This document shows, one piece after another, positions 39,684 through 49,274 of a stretch of DNA of 64,000 bases. This DNA comes from Thermodesulfobacteriota bacterium. Lineage in GTDB: Bacteria > Desulfobacterota_D > UBA1144 > Nemesobacterales > UBA2774. Position 1 is the stretch's first letter. Each line of letters begins with the position of its first letter. The translations under genes were made by a program, and so were the position numbers. The notes under the pieces are model-generated. The model had not been told where the DNA came from, ran no database searches, and saw only the letters and a list, made by a program, of their open reading frames with translations. The stretch spans positions 2,208,001 to 2,272,000 of the forward strand of contig OZ244197.1 in the NCBI GenBank assembly GCA_965216785.1. Direction: 5' to 3'.

Positions 39684-39781
39684 TATTTGCAGTATACAAT
39701 CCTTGTCTAACCTAGATTTGAGTGTCGGTTGAAAAATCATCCATTTATCCTGTATCATGAAACAATTGGAGGCGCACTCAA

Positions 39782-40528
39782 ATGGCATACCAAAGCATAG
39801 AAGGCAAAACAGCTCTCATCACCGGCGGCTCAGAGGGTATAGGCTTCGGGATAGCGGAGACTTTTGTCGAGGCTGGAGGGCGTGTAATCATCACCGGGAG
39901 AGACCGGGGGAAGCTCGACTCGGCTAAAGAAAAGCTCGGTGGGAACCTACGGGCAATAGCGCACGACGTCAGAGATACTCAAAGCACTCCAGATCTCATA
40001 AAACAAGTCCTCAAGCGCGACGGCTCGCTCGATATTCTTGTAAACAACGCCGGCACGGGTCTCTATAAGCCCGTCTCCGAGACAACGCTTCAGGAATTCG
40101 ATCTGACGTTCGAGACGAACGTCAGGGGGCTCTTCGCTCTCACGACTTGTGCTATACCAGAGCTGAGGAAGACCCGGGGCTGTGTAATAAATATCTGCTC
40201 GGCAAGCGCCAGGAGGGGGCTTCATACATGGAGCGTATACTCGGCCTCAAAGTCCGCTGTGCTCATGCTCACCGAGCTTTGGGCAAAGGAGCTCTCGCCG
40301 GACGTGCGTGTAAACGCGCTCAGCCCGGGCGGTGTGGACACGGCTATTTTCGATAAGGCTTTCGGAGAAAAGAAGGACGAGGTAATGGAGCGGGTACACG
40401 CTCAGCACCTTATGGGAAAAGCCGGCACGCCAAACGATATAGGAAGGGCTGCCCTCTATCTCGCGACTGAAGATTGGGTTACCGGTACCAATATGATAAT
40501 AGACGGCGGTTTATCCCACAGGATATAG
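39782..40528 (+). CDS. SDR family oxidoreductase
   Basis: TGGSEGIG, NNAG, YSASK, VRVNALSPG. Confidence 0.92.
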   Translation: MAYQSIEGKTALITGGSEGIGFGIAETFVEAGGRVIITGRDRGKLDSAKEKLGGNLRAIAHDVRDTQSTPDLIKQVLKRDGSLDILVNNAGTGLYKPVSETTLQEFDLTFETNVRGLFALTTCAIPELRKTRGCVINICSASARRGLHTWSVYSASKSAVLMLTELWAKELSPDVRVNALSPGGVDTAIFDKAFGEKKDEVMERVHAQHLMGKAGTPNDIGRAALYLATEDWVTGTNMIIDGGLSHRI

Positions 40529-40671
40529 CAAAATCAAAACCATATAACACGGATTACACTACGACAATAGCTAGCGGTTTGAAAACCTCTGCTGTCAAAT
40601 GTGATTTACTGCTTGTGATTCCCCAAAAACCCAAAACCTAAAATTTTTATTAAATAAAATATTATTCCACA

Positions 40672-40745
40672 GAGCCCCGCGAATACATAACCCATGCCAA
40701 GAGGATTGCGTATCCGGTTGACGGGGCTCAGGTTGTAACAACCGG
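40672..40745 (-). ncRNA. Candidate H-type pseudoknot / small RNA
   Basis: Interleaved stems CCGGTTG/CAACCGG and GAGCCCCG/CGGGGCTC in an AT-rich gap between convergent genes. Confidence 0.4.
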
Positions 40746-41086
40746 TTCAGCAATGAGTATATCAAACTTTTTTATTTTTTGCACGTTTTTTGTGAAATTA
40801 TTGAAAAAAAAGCAATCTCCTGAGTAATATCTGACGCTTAGATACCAATATCTAATGAATGCCCTGTCTGATCACACTCTCTGATTCCAGTGTTATTATA
40901 GGTGTTTAAGATTATAAGTTAATCTAAACATTGAGATTATTCTAAAGATGAAAAAACCTTAGATATAGATAGGTTATGAATGGGAATTTTTTTAGGAATT
41001 TGCGGGAAATTTTTACATGAAGAATAAAAGTTTTGCGAATTCTACCTATTAAGGGTTAATTTAAAGGCAGTATTTTGGACTGATCC

Positions 41087-41509
41087 TCAGTTCAGAACCG
41101 GGGTTGCTCCCAGCACCTGAAGCTCGATTGCGTTCATGAACGTAGATCCCGCTCCAATGGTTACTCCGGACTTTAGATAGGTCTTCTTACTCTTTGGCGG
41201 TAGAGTCACGGGCAGCACTCCGACCTCCTGGCTTACAATATTGCCAGCCCCGCCTGTGGACATGGAGGAATAACACACCCTGACCTTCACGTCTTTATAC
41301 TCCACGTCGCTCGTATTCTCGATAGTCACGCTGTGAATGATGGCAACGGCGCTCCACGTGGCGTATACAGACCAGTCAGTGACCTTTATATACCATTGTG
41401 GGTGGGTAGTCATGGAATCCGGGATATAAAGCTTCTCGGCGCTTGCCCCGAGTGTAGATACAACCAGAGCGATAAAAACTAGGGTCCCGGTCAGAGCAGT
41501 TCTATTCAT
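41087..41509 (-). CDS. Exported hypothetical protein
   Basis: Signal peptide; TIENTSDVEYKDV Ig-like pattern. Confidence 0.7.
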   Translation of the reverse strand: MNRTALTGTLVFIALVVSTLGASAEKLYIPDSMTTHPQWYIKVTDWSVYATWSAVAIIHSVTIENTSDVEYKDVKVRVCYSSMSTGGAGNIVSQEVGVLPVTLPPKSKKTYLKSGVTIGAGSTFMNAIELQVLGATPVLN

Positions 41510-41626
41510 ATCATTAGTATATGGGGCCGAGTCTTTATTGGCAATTTTTTATTCTGTTTTAATAATATGCTCGCAATCAGGTAACATTAATCACACTTAA
41601 TCATTTATATATTCAGGAGAGTCGCT

Positions 41627-41890
41627 ATGACAGACACAACAGAAACAACTGACAGAGAAAAAGAGTGGGAGCTCCTCGGGATGGCAATCGAAGACCTCGA
41701 GACCATGGTGAAGAAAAAAGCCGAGCACAGAGGAGTGCCTGTATCAGACGTGCTCATCGACATGCTCGAGTTCGCTCAGACCCAGCTCGATGAGAAGTAC
41801 ACCAACGTCCACCACATATTTAACCGTGTGATCTACGTCCTGCAGAGCGGTATGGTTGTCGACAACCCCAAGCTCAGGGACAAGGACTGA
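41627..41890 (+). CDS. Hypothetical protein
   Basis: RBS AGGAG; 87 aa. Confidence 0.65.
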   Translation: MTDTTETTDREKEWELLGMAIEDLETMVKKKAEHRGVPVSDVLIDMLEFAQTQLDEKYTNVHHIFNRVIYVLQSGMVVDNPKLRDKD

Positions 41891-42188
41891 GTACAAAGCG
41901 CTAAACTTTAACGTATATGCTCTGTTATTTATTCCACACTAAGTATCTGAGGCATATATAGCCGCACTCTTCAGGGTAGGGGTAGAAGAGGTGTTTTTCT
42001 ACCCTCCTGGGGCTGATATCAGTCCAGAGCCTTACTTCCCTTTTTTATGTAATTTATAAACAACCCTTTACATTCCAACCATAGTTTAATATTTATAAAA
42101 CTCCTGTGTTTTATACGTATCAATATTGATATTCATTACCAACTAACAAAACATACCACATAACCCTCTGTTATTATTGGTTATTTGC

Positions 42189-42240
42189 TTGACAGTATCG
42201 TGGGGCGCTGATATTATAATAATGATATTGATTATCATTA
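42189..42240 (+). promoter_or_regulatory. Sigma70 promoter followed by a Fur-box-like operator
   Basis: TTGACA(42189)-17-TATTAT; palindrome TAATGATATTGATTATCATTA (42220-42240) close to the Fur consensus TGATAATnATTATCA. Confidence 0.8.
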
Positions 42241-42292
42241 TGATATTGGGAGTCGTATAGATTCCGTAAATAAACTTAGGAGGAAGGACCAT

Positions 42293-43402
42293 ATGTTGAT
42301 TAACACAGGTAGAAAGTATGTTTTGTTTTTCATATTCGCTCTTGTACTGGCGGTAGGTTGTGATTCCAGCTCTGACAGTAACGGCGGAGGCGGTGGAGGA
42401 GGGGGAGGCGGCAATAACGACGCCTTGATCCAAAGAATAATAGACGACTACGTAGATAACGTAGTCATTTGTACATACGAGCTCCTTTACGAGAGGGCAA
42501 TAACGCTTAGAGAAGCAGTGGAAGCTCTTGAGGCAAACCCGACGGGCAGCACTCTGCAGGCTGCGAGAGACGCCTGGATATCCGCAAGGATTCCTTGGGA
42601 GCAGAGCGAGGCCTGGCTGTTCGGTCCTGTAGACGCAAAGGGGCACGACCCTGCGCTCGATTCATGGCCGGTTAACCGTACGGATCTTGACAACGTACTC
42701 GACAGCGCAAATGACCTGACTCCGGCATTCATCAGAAACCTGGACCCGTCTCTTAAAGGTTTTCACACTGCAGAATACCTCTTGTTTGCTTTTGAAGCGG
42801 ATGAGCTTGGTGACAGGGAATTTGAGTACCTAGTAAGTGTTGTAGGGGACATCGAGCTTACTGCGGAGGAACTGCTCACAGACTGGTCAGAGGGCGACGG
42901 AAACCGTTTCCCCGAGCCTTTCGGTGATGTTATGAAAGATGCGGGGGACAATCAGACCTTCCCATCGCTCGTAAGCGCGCTCCAGCAGATAATCGAAGGT
43001 ATGTCAATCATTGTCGACGAAGTGGCGGCAGGTAAGATAGCCGACCCGTTCGATAACAAGGACGTAGAAGCGGTGGAGAGCCAGTTCAGCTTTAACTCCC
43101 GTGCTGACTTCGCTAACGACATTACCGGAGTGCTGAACGCATACCTCGGTAACCAGCCCGACCTTGGGAAGTTTGGCGACGGAATTATCGATCTTCTGGA
43201 GATTGAGGATGCAGCGCTTGCGGCGCGCGTTGAAGATGAAATCAATGACGCCATAAACAAGATCCTTGCCATTCCTCAGCCGTTCCGTGACGCCATACTC
43301 GACCCTGAAGCCGCTGACGAGATCGTTGCAGCTCAGGACGCGCTCAGAGCGCTGTTCGCAACGCTAAACGGTCCGGTTCTCGACATTATTAACGATCAGT
43401 AA
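42293..43402 (+). CDS. Imelysin-family (peptidase M75/IrpA-like) iron-regulated lipoprotein
   Basis: Lipobox AVGC; WEQSEAWLFGP, LDSWP, GFHTAEYLLF (GxHxxE), ESQFS.NS. Confidence 0.9.
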   Translation: MLINTGRKYVLFFIFALVLAVGCDSSSDSNGGGGGGGGGGNNDALIQRIIDDYVDNVVICTYELLYERAITLREAVEALEANPTGSTLQAARDAWISARIPWEQSEAWLFGPVDAKGHDPALDSWPVNRTDLDNVLDSANDLTPAFIRNLDPSLKGFHTAEYLLFAFEADELGDREFEYLVSVVGDIELTAEELLTDWSEGDGNRFPEPFGDVMKDAGDNQTFPSLVSALQQIIEGMSIIVDEVAAGKIADPFDNKDVEAVESQFSFNSRADFANDITGVLNAYLGNQPDLGKFGDGIIDLLEIEDAALAARVEDEINDAINKILAIPQPFRDAILDPEAADEIVAAQDALRALFATLNGPVLDIINDQ

Positions 43403-43477
43403 CAATCCACATCAAGACCCGGGGCGGCTGAAGGGAGCCGCTTCGGGCACTTGAAATAAGCCAAGGTAGGAAAAATC

Positions 43478-44890
43478 ATGTTTTATAAAATTAAGAGTTC
43501 ATATAGCACAGCCGGAAAGTCCTTACTGTTTCCGGTTCTATTGGTCATAGTATCATTAGGATTAATCGGAGGATGTGGTGGTTCAGGGGATACCGGTGAC
43601 GGGGGCGGTATAGGCATTGTGGTCGATCCCACGGTCCCCGCCGGCGGTGATACCAGCATCGATAACCGCACATCCTTTGCTTTTGAGATGCCGGCGGCAA
43701 ACCTTACGCCCGAGCAGGATGACGACCACTTTCAGGGCGACATTAGGTTCGGTGACGTATTCGTTACAGCGCCCGCTGTGGTAAACCCGGGTCTCGGTCC
43801 TACTTTCAACAACGTCTCGTGCGAGGCCTGCCACACCAAGAACGGCCGGGGCCAGCCGGTGTTCGGTGACCCCAATCTAAGGAGCCAGGCGCTCGTAAGA
43901 GTCTCTTTGCCTGAAGGCGAGCCCGCGGTTCCGGGCGGTAACCCTCCTGTAGAGGGTTTTGGCAACCAAATTCAAGACCACGCCGTGTTCGGCTTGGACC
44001 CCGAGGCTAAGATTGAGCTCACCTATGAAGACGTTCCCGGTGAGTACCCCGACGGAACTCAATATACGCTCAGAAAACCAGTTCTTACCATCACACTGCC
44101 GGACGGCTCGGAGCTTGACGAGAACGTTCTAAGATCAATGAGACTGCCCCCGCCCGTATTTGGTCTCGGGCTTCTAGAGGCGATATCCGAGGACACCCTA
44201 TTCGATTTCGCAGACCCTGACGACGAGGACGGCGACGGCATATCGGGCCGGGTGAATATGGTGTGGAACATTGTCAGGGCAAGGACCGAGGTCGGAAGGT
44301 TCGGCCATAAGGCTTCTAACCCTGATTTAAGACAGCAGTCCTCCACGGCGTACTTCAATGACATGGGGGTCTCAAACCCGGACATCACGGACCCGGGCGG
44401 CTTTACGGACATAGACGAAGAGACCTTAAGGCTGGCCGTGTTCTACGTTCAGAGCCTCGCGGTCCCGAACCGCGCTAAGTCGGACGACCGGGATGTGAAG
44501 AGGGGTGAGGAGTTTTTCTACGGCATCGGCTGCACGGCTTGCCACAAGCCCACAATAGTCACAGGCCAGCACCCCGAATTCGCCGAGTTCTCAAACCAGA
44601 CCATTCAGCCCTTCACCGACCTCTTGCTCCACGACATGGGCGAGGGGCTTGCGGACGGCAGGCCGGACTTTTTGGCCAATGGGCGCGAGTGGCGCACGGC
44701 GCCGCTTTGGGGCATAGGGCTTACCGGAAGAGTGCTTGGAGTAACGAGCTTCCTTCACGACGGCAGGGCCAGGACTGTTGAAGAGGCTATCCTGTGGCAC
44801 GGCGGCGAAGCTGAATCGGCCAAGGAAGGGTTTATGAACCTTTCCGAGCGTGAGCGCGAGATGGTTCTCAAATTTCTAAACACATTATAA
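43478..44890 (+). CDS. Di-heme oxidoreductase family protein (DUF1111)
   Basis: GLGPTFNNVSCEACH, GLGLLEAI, GCTACH, TDLLLHDMG, LHDGRART..EAILWHGGEA. Confidence 0.92.
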   Translation: MFYKIKSSYSTAGKSLLFPVLLVIVSLGLIGGCGGSGDTGDGGGIGIVVDPTVPAGGDTSIDNRTSFAFEMPAANLTPEQDDDHFQGDIRFGDVFVTAPAVVNPGLGPTFNNVSCEACHTKNGRGQPVFGDPNLRSQALVRVSLPEGEPAVPGGNPPVEGFGNQIQDHAVFGLDPEAKIELTYEDVPGEYPDGTQYTLRKPVLTITLPDGSELDENVLRSMRLPPPVFGLGLLEAISEDTLFDFADPDDEDGDGISGRVNMVWNIVRARTEVGRFGHKASNPDLRQQSSTAYFNDMGVSNPDITDPGGFTDIDEETLRLAVFYVQSLAVPNRAKSDDRDVKRGEEFFYGIGCTACHKPTIVTGQHPEFAEFSNQTIQPFTDLLLHDMGEGLADGRPDFLANGREWRTAPLWGIGLTGRVLGVTSFLHDGRARTVEEAILWHGGEAESAKEGFMNLSEREREMVLKFLNTL

Positions 44891-44901
44891 GGACACAAAC
44901 A

Positions 44902-46455
44902 ATGATCAATCGAATAGGTTTAATTCTATTGGCAGCGGTATTGCTGCCATTGCTTTCTCCACTACCGCCTTCTTTTGCCCAGTCCGCGAACCAAAGCGAG
45001 GTTCGGGAGCTAAGACGGATGATAGAGGAGATGAAAAAGCAAAACGAGGAAAAGATAAAAGAGTTAGAGCGGATTAGGGCACAGGACGCGCATAAGATAC
45101 AGTCACTCGAAAACCGCGTCAACGAGCTCACACAAGAGCAGGACGCGCCTCAGCCTCCCTCTTACATTTTGGACAGGCAGCAGCGTGAAGAGTACGTCAA
45201 AGAAATTGAAGAGCAGGAAGAGCGGGATTTTATAGAAAGACTCAACGCGGGCGATAAACCCTACAAAGACCTCTTTGACAAAAGCCCCTGGAAGCTCACC
45301 TGGGGCGGATACGCCGACCTTCTGGTTTCGTGGTTCGATCACGGCCCCGACCAGACCCGCCCCGGTGGCTCAGAGTCGGACTCAAGACTTGAGTTCGATC
45401 TCGCGCGCTTTGTGCTGGAACTCGAGGGCGAGATGTTCGCCGGCCTCGGTTTTGAGGCTGAGATAGAGTTTGAGCACGGCGGCACGGGCTCTGCACTTGA
45501 GCTTGAGTTCGAGGAGTTCGGCGAGTTTGAGCTAGAAGCGGAAAAGGGCGGTGAAGTGATAATCGAAGAGCTTTACCTGAGAAAAAAGTTCGGCGACTGG
45601 GGTAAGCTCAAAGCAGGCCGCTTCTACCTTGCGTTCGGCCTGATGTCATATCTTAACAAGCCCACTAACTACCTGGCCGCAAGGAGGCCGGAGGCAGAGC
45701 TTGCAATCATCCCAGCGGTATGGGACGAGATCGGGCTCAGCTTCGACTACTACGTTAACGAAAACTGGGACCTAACGTTTCAGGTCGTAAACGGTCTTGA
45801 CTCGAGCGGTTTCAGCTCACTTTACTGGGTGCGCGAGGGTCAGCAGAAGAAGTTCGAGTTCATACAGGCGGACGGTCTTGCATTCGTAGGCCGTGTGGAC
45901 TACAAAGTCCCAGACTGGGGTCTTCTGGTCGGTACATCCGCTTACTACGGTTTAAATACCAATGCCAACAGGCCGGAGGATGATCTTGATGGAGTGGATT
46001 CTCCGCTTCTCATTTTAGATGCGCACGCTATATTCAGGCACGAGAAGTGGCGCGCTAGCGGTGTAGCAATGTGGGGACACCTATGGAACGCGGACGAGAT
46101 ATCCGAGCGTAACACAAGGCTTCCTAACAGCCTACAGGCCCCGAGAACTCCTGTATCAGATCAAGCTGTAGCGATGTGGGGTGAGGTGGGTTATAACATC
46201 AACAACCTGGTGGGTCTTGACTACCTCCACCGTCTCGAGCCCTTTGTCAGGTTTGATTATTATGATTCCGTATATAAACCGAGGAGCGACCTCTTCGATA
46301 ACCCCCGTTTCGAGCGCAATGTATTTACCGGCGGCGTTTCATATACGTTTGCCAAGTCGGTATTCATAAAGCTCGATTACGGCTACAGATACATACCTTC
46401 GCCCGATTTCAGGAACGAAAGCACCGTTAACCTCTCTTGGGGGTTTGTGTACTGA
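44902..46455 (+). CDS. Outer-membrane beta-barrel/porin-like protein of the imelysin operon
   Basis: Signal peptide, coiled coil, EIEFEHGGTG, C-terminal WGFVY. Confidence 0.8.
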   Translation: MINRIGLILLAAVLLPLLSPLPPSFAQSANQSEVRELRRMIEEMKKQNEEKIKELERIRAQDAHKIQSLENRVNELTQEQDAPQPPSYILDRQQREEYVKEIEEQEERDFIERLNAGDKPYKDLFDKSPWKLTWGGYADLLVSWFDHGPDQTRPGGSESDSRLEFDLARFVLELEGEMFAGLGFEAEIEFEHGGTGSALELEFEEFGEFELEAEKGGEVIIEELYLRKKFGDWGKLKAGRFYLAFGLMSYLNKPTNYLAARRPEAELAIIPAVWDEIGLSFDYYVNENWDLTFQVVNGLDSSGFSSLYWVREGQQKKFEFIQADGLAFVGRVDYKVPDWGLLVGTSAYYGLNTNANRPEDDLDGVDSPLLILDAHAIFRHEKWRASGVAMWGHLWNADEISERNTRLPNSLQAPRTPVSDQAVAMWGEVGYNINNLVGLDYLHRLEPFVRFDYYDSVYKPRSDLFDNPRFERNVFTGGVSYTFAKSVFIKLDYGYRYIPSPDFRNESTVNLSWGFVY

Positions 46456-46511
46456 GCTTGAGTAGTTGCTTACGGGCCCGGATTATTTAAGCCATAATTC
46501 GGGCCTCCCCG

Positions 46512-47093
46512 CTACTCTATCTCCGATACAAATGGGATGTAAGGAGCCACCGGATCCTCCGGGTCGGTGCGGAACGTCCTGTAACGGTTCAGGAACGTAA
46601 CGTTTGCCAGGGGTTCGTTGTACTCCCCGCGTCTGAAATCAAGCCCGACCTTATTGGCCCCGTAGTAGTCCTCGATCGTGATGAACACCATATCGCCGGG
46701 CTGCAGAGCCCCTTCGTTGAAGTCAACGTTAGACAGCTCACCCTCTATTCTGCCGAGCAGCTTCTGAACACCCTTTGGGTCTACGGTCACGGGGTCAAAC
46801 ACGATGTAAGTGGCAGCGTGGCTGATGGGTTTTTTAATAATTATGACGTTGTAGTCGTCTTTAAAATGATACGCCGCGGCGCTCCCAGGGGGTCTGTACC
46901 AGCCGTAACGCCCGGAAACTATATCGCCGTCGCCCATGTGGTACTTATGGTTTCCCCACTGAGCCGGCCAGTGCACGTCGGCGACCGTACCTACGGCTAT
47001 TGTGTTAGGCGGTGGCTGATGCACCTCTTTTTGTTTGCTGGCGCACCCGCTGCATACTATGAGAATTAACGCGGCAATCGTTAAACGAATCAT
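46512..47093 (-). CDS. Hypothetical lipoprotein
   Basis: RBS AGGAGG; lipobox CSGC. Confidence 0.7.
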   Translation of the reverse strand: MIRLTIAALILIVCSGCASKQKEVHQPPPNTIAVGTVADVHWPAQWGNHKYHMGDGDIVSGRYGWYRPPGSAAAYHFKDDYNVIIIKKPISHAATYIVFDPVTVDPKGVQKLLGRIEGELSNVDFNEGALQPGDMVFITIEDYYGANKVGLDFRRGEYNEPLANVTFLNRYRTFRTDPEDPVAPYIPFVSEIE

Positions 47094-47382
47094 CCAACAT
47101 CCTCCTTTAAAAATCCTGTAATAATTATAGTGTCTTTAATCCGCTTAATACAGCTCTACTTCACTAAATGTAATGTAAAACAAGAGGAAAGTAAAGTAAG
47201 TAACAGAAATAACTGTAAAATCCTATTGAAAAACGTCCTTGTGAGGCTCAGTATGAGCCGAAACAGTCCCTTACCACCCTCCATCATATATCGTGCATCT
47301 TGAATCTTGTATTCCGCATCCAAAACTACGTAGCTTGAAAATCCTATAACTACTTTGATATAATCTCTGTGAGAGCGAAGGT

Positions 47383-48039
47383 ATGAAACAACTTATCAAC
47401 GTATTAAAGAGCGGCTTGGCTGCTGCGATGCTCGCTATTTTTTTGATTGGGTGCGGCGGCAGTCCCAAATCCACTTTCGAGCCCCAAAAGGAAAGCACCA
47501 CGAGCGCGTATGTTGAGCGCTACAGGCTCTACCGCATAGAACGTGGTAAGCAGCTGGTAAACCTCGGGGGCTGCGACAAATGCCACACGCCCAAGATAAA
47601 GACCCTTTTCGGAACAGAATCAGACCCCGAGAGGTTCCTTTCCGGCTATCCTGAAAACGAGCCCCTTCCAGAGCTCCCCGATGAGGAAGTAGGCACCGGA
47701 GAATGGGAAAACGCGTTCTATACAACGGACGGCACCGTTTGGGTAGGCCGCTGGGGCGTGAGTTTCGCGGCGAACATTACGCCCGACCCCGAGACCGGTA
47801 TAGGCGAGTGGACCGAGAAACGGTTCATCGAGTCTTTCCGTGACGTTGATCATATTGGTGAGGGCAGCGCGGCGGGCTCCCCGATGCCGATGAACGCCTA
47901 CTCTCAGCTAAGCGATGAGGAGCTGCGCTCGATTTACCTCTATCTTCAGGCGATAGAACCCATTAATAACAAGGTCCCCGACCCCATACGCCCGGGACAA
48001 ACGCTCTATGATAACGAGGAAATCCAAAACGATCTTTAA
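47383..48039 (+). CDS. Cytochrome c lipoprotein
   Basis: Lipobox LIGC; RGKQLV..GGCDKCHTP; NITPDPETGIGEWT; PMP. Confidence 0.88.
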   Translation: MKQLINVLKSGLAAAMLAIFLIGCGGSPKSTFEPQKESTTSAYVERYRLYRIERGKQLVNLGGCDKCHTPKIKTLFGTESDPERFLSGYPENEPLPELPDEEVGTGEWENAFYTTDGTVWVGRWGVSFAANITPDPETGIGEWTEKRFIESFRDVDHIGEGSAAGSPMPMNAYSQLSDEELRSIYLYLQAIEPINNKVPDPIRPGQTLYDNEEIQNDL

Positions 48040-48178
48040 GAATCACTAATACGCAATTTACGGTTTCTTAACAAAACCCCTTTACATTTTCTCAGAATTT
48101 TGCTATAAATCATTTAATACAGTCTTAAAGCAGTACCCATAATAATTCCGAAAACAAAATTCTTAAAGGAGCAGCGGT

Positions 48179-48214
48179 GGGGTAATAGGTGTAAAAACTT
48201 ATTACCCCTTTTTT
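48179..48214 (+). terminator. Intrinsic terminator located in a 5' leader
   Basis: GGGGTAATAGG...CTTATTACCCC + TTTTTT, downstream of TTTACA-17-TATAAA (48081-48109). Confidence 0.65.
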
Positions 48215-48252
48215 CGTTTTACAAATCCTCCTCCAGCAAGCATACTAAATTA

Positions 48253-48624
48253 ATGATTAACTCCGTTGACGAATTCATCGAAGAGTTCCTAAAGCATAAG
48301 GACAAGGTCAAGTGGTTTCTCCATCAGCCTACTCCAACTGCAAAGCGTACCGACATCAGGGGGATTGATGTGCTATGCAGCCCCATGACCGTAATGTGCA
48401 CCCCTCCGGTGCACCATTACATCGACTATCTCGATCTAGAGGCCGACATTCACCCCACTTTCGTCCGTGTCATCTCGACCGCCGCCGACCACAGCGTCCG
48501 CGCCCTCACCGAGGCTATAGACAAATTCCCAGCAGACAAATTCCCGCACGCCCGCTCAACTGAGGCGCTTGAGCTCCGTAAAAGACTACTTGAGGTCCTC
48601 GAGCTTGAGGAAGTCGGTTTGTAA
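48253..48624 (+). CDS. Hypothetical protein
   Basis: 123-aa ORF with consistent codon usage. Confidence 0.6.
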   Translation: MINSVDEFIEEFLKHKDKVKWFLHQPTPTAKRTDIRGIDVLCSPMTVMCTPPVHHYIDYLDLEADIHPTFVRVISTAADHSVRALTEAIDKFPADKFPHARSTEALELRKRLLEVLELEEVGL

Positions 48625-48787
48625 GTGAGTAATAATTGCTCACACCCTGCATAATTTTCTGACACCAAACACATCTTTCACATATCCGCGGCGGCTTGAA
48701 ATTCATAAAGCCTCAGAATCCTTGCATTAATTTTCACGGCACGGTTCATGCAACTATATTTAATAAAAACATTGGGGAGAGTGTAAA

Positions 48788-49207
48788 ATGGTCAAGAAAC
48801 AGAGTAATGTGCTTAATTTAGAAGAATTAGACGAGAACATGCGTAAGCAGACCGAGTCTGTAAGGAAAAGCTATGTAGACTGGCTTGAGATGAATAAAAC
48901 TATGTGGATGGAGACTTTAAACTCCTTTGACACACAGATAGAGCTTTGGCTCTCTATGCAGCTAGGCTACATGGATTTGATGAAGAACCTTATGGGGTCC
49001 AAACCCGATTTCATGGGTTTAGGCAAGGGGCTCAATCCATACGCGGGACAGTTCGAGCATATAAACGAGCTCAACAAGGAATTTATAGAAATAAAGAAGA
49101 AGAAAGCGGAGAAAGTGGCTAAAACGCTTAAGCAGTATCACAGAAAATCACTTGAAAGCACGCTTGAGGCTTTTGATAAATACTGCGATCTTCTCAGCAC
49201 GTCCTGA
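48788..49207 (+). CDS. Helical hypothetical protein (phasin-like composition)
   Basis: RBS GGGGAG; amphipathic helices; family assignment weak. Confidence 0.6.
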   Translation: MVKKQSNVLNLEELDENMRKQTESVRKSYVDWLEMNKTMWMETLNSFDTQIELWLSMQLGYMDLMKNLMGSKPDFMGLGKGLNPYAGQFEHINELNKEFIEIKKKKAEKVAKTLKQYHRKSLESTLEAFDKYCDLLSTS

Positions 49208-49274
49208 TAGCTGTTATTGCGGGAAAACAGTGTGAGTGCGGCAATCTCTTAGCTGCTGAATACCGCGTCCTGAA

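Noticed and set aside
41972-42010. Long hairpin CAGG..GGGTAGAAGA..TTTTTCTACCC..CCTG
   Set aside because: Most simply a terminator for 41627-41890; no further structure seen
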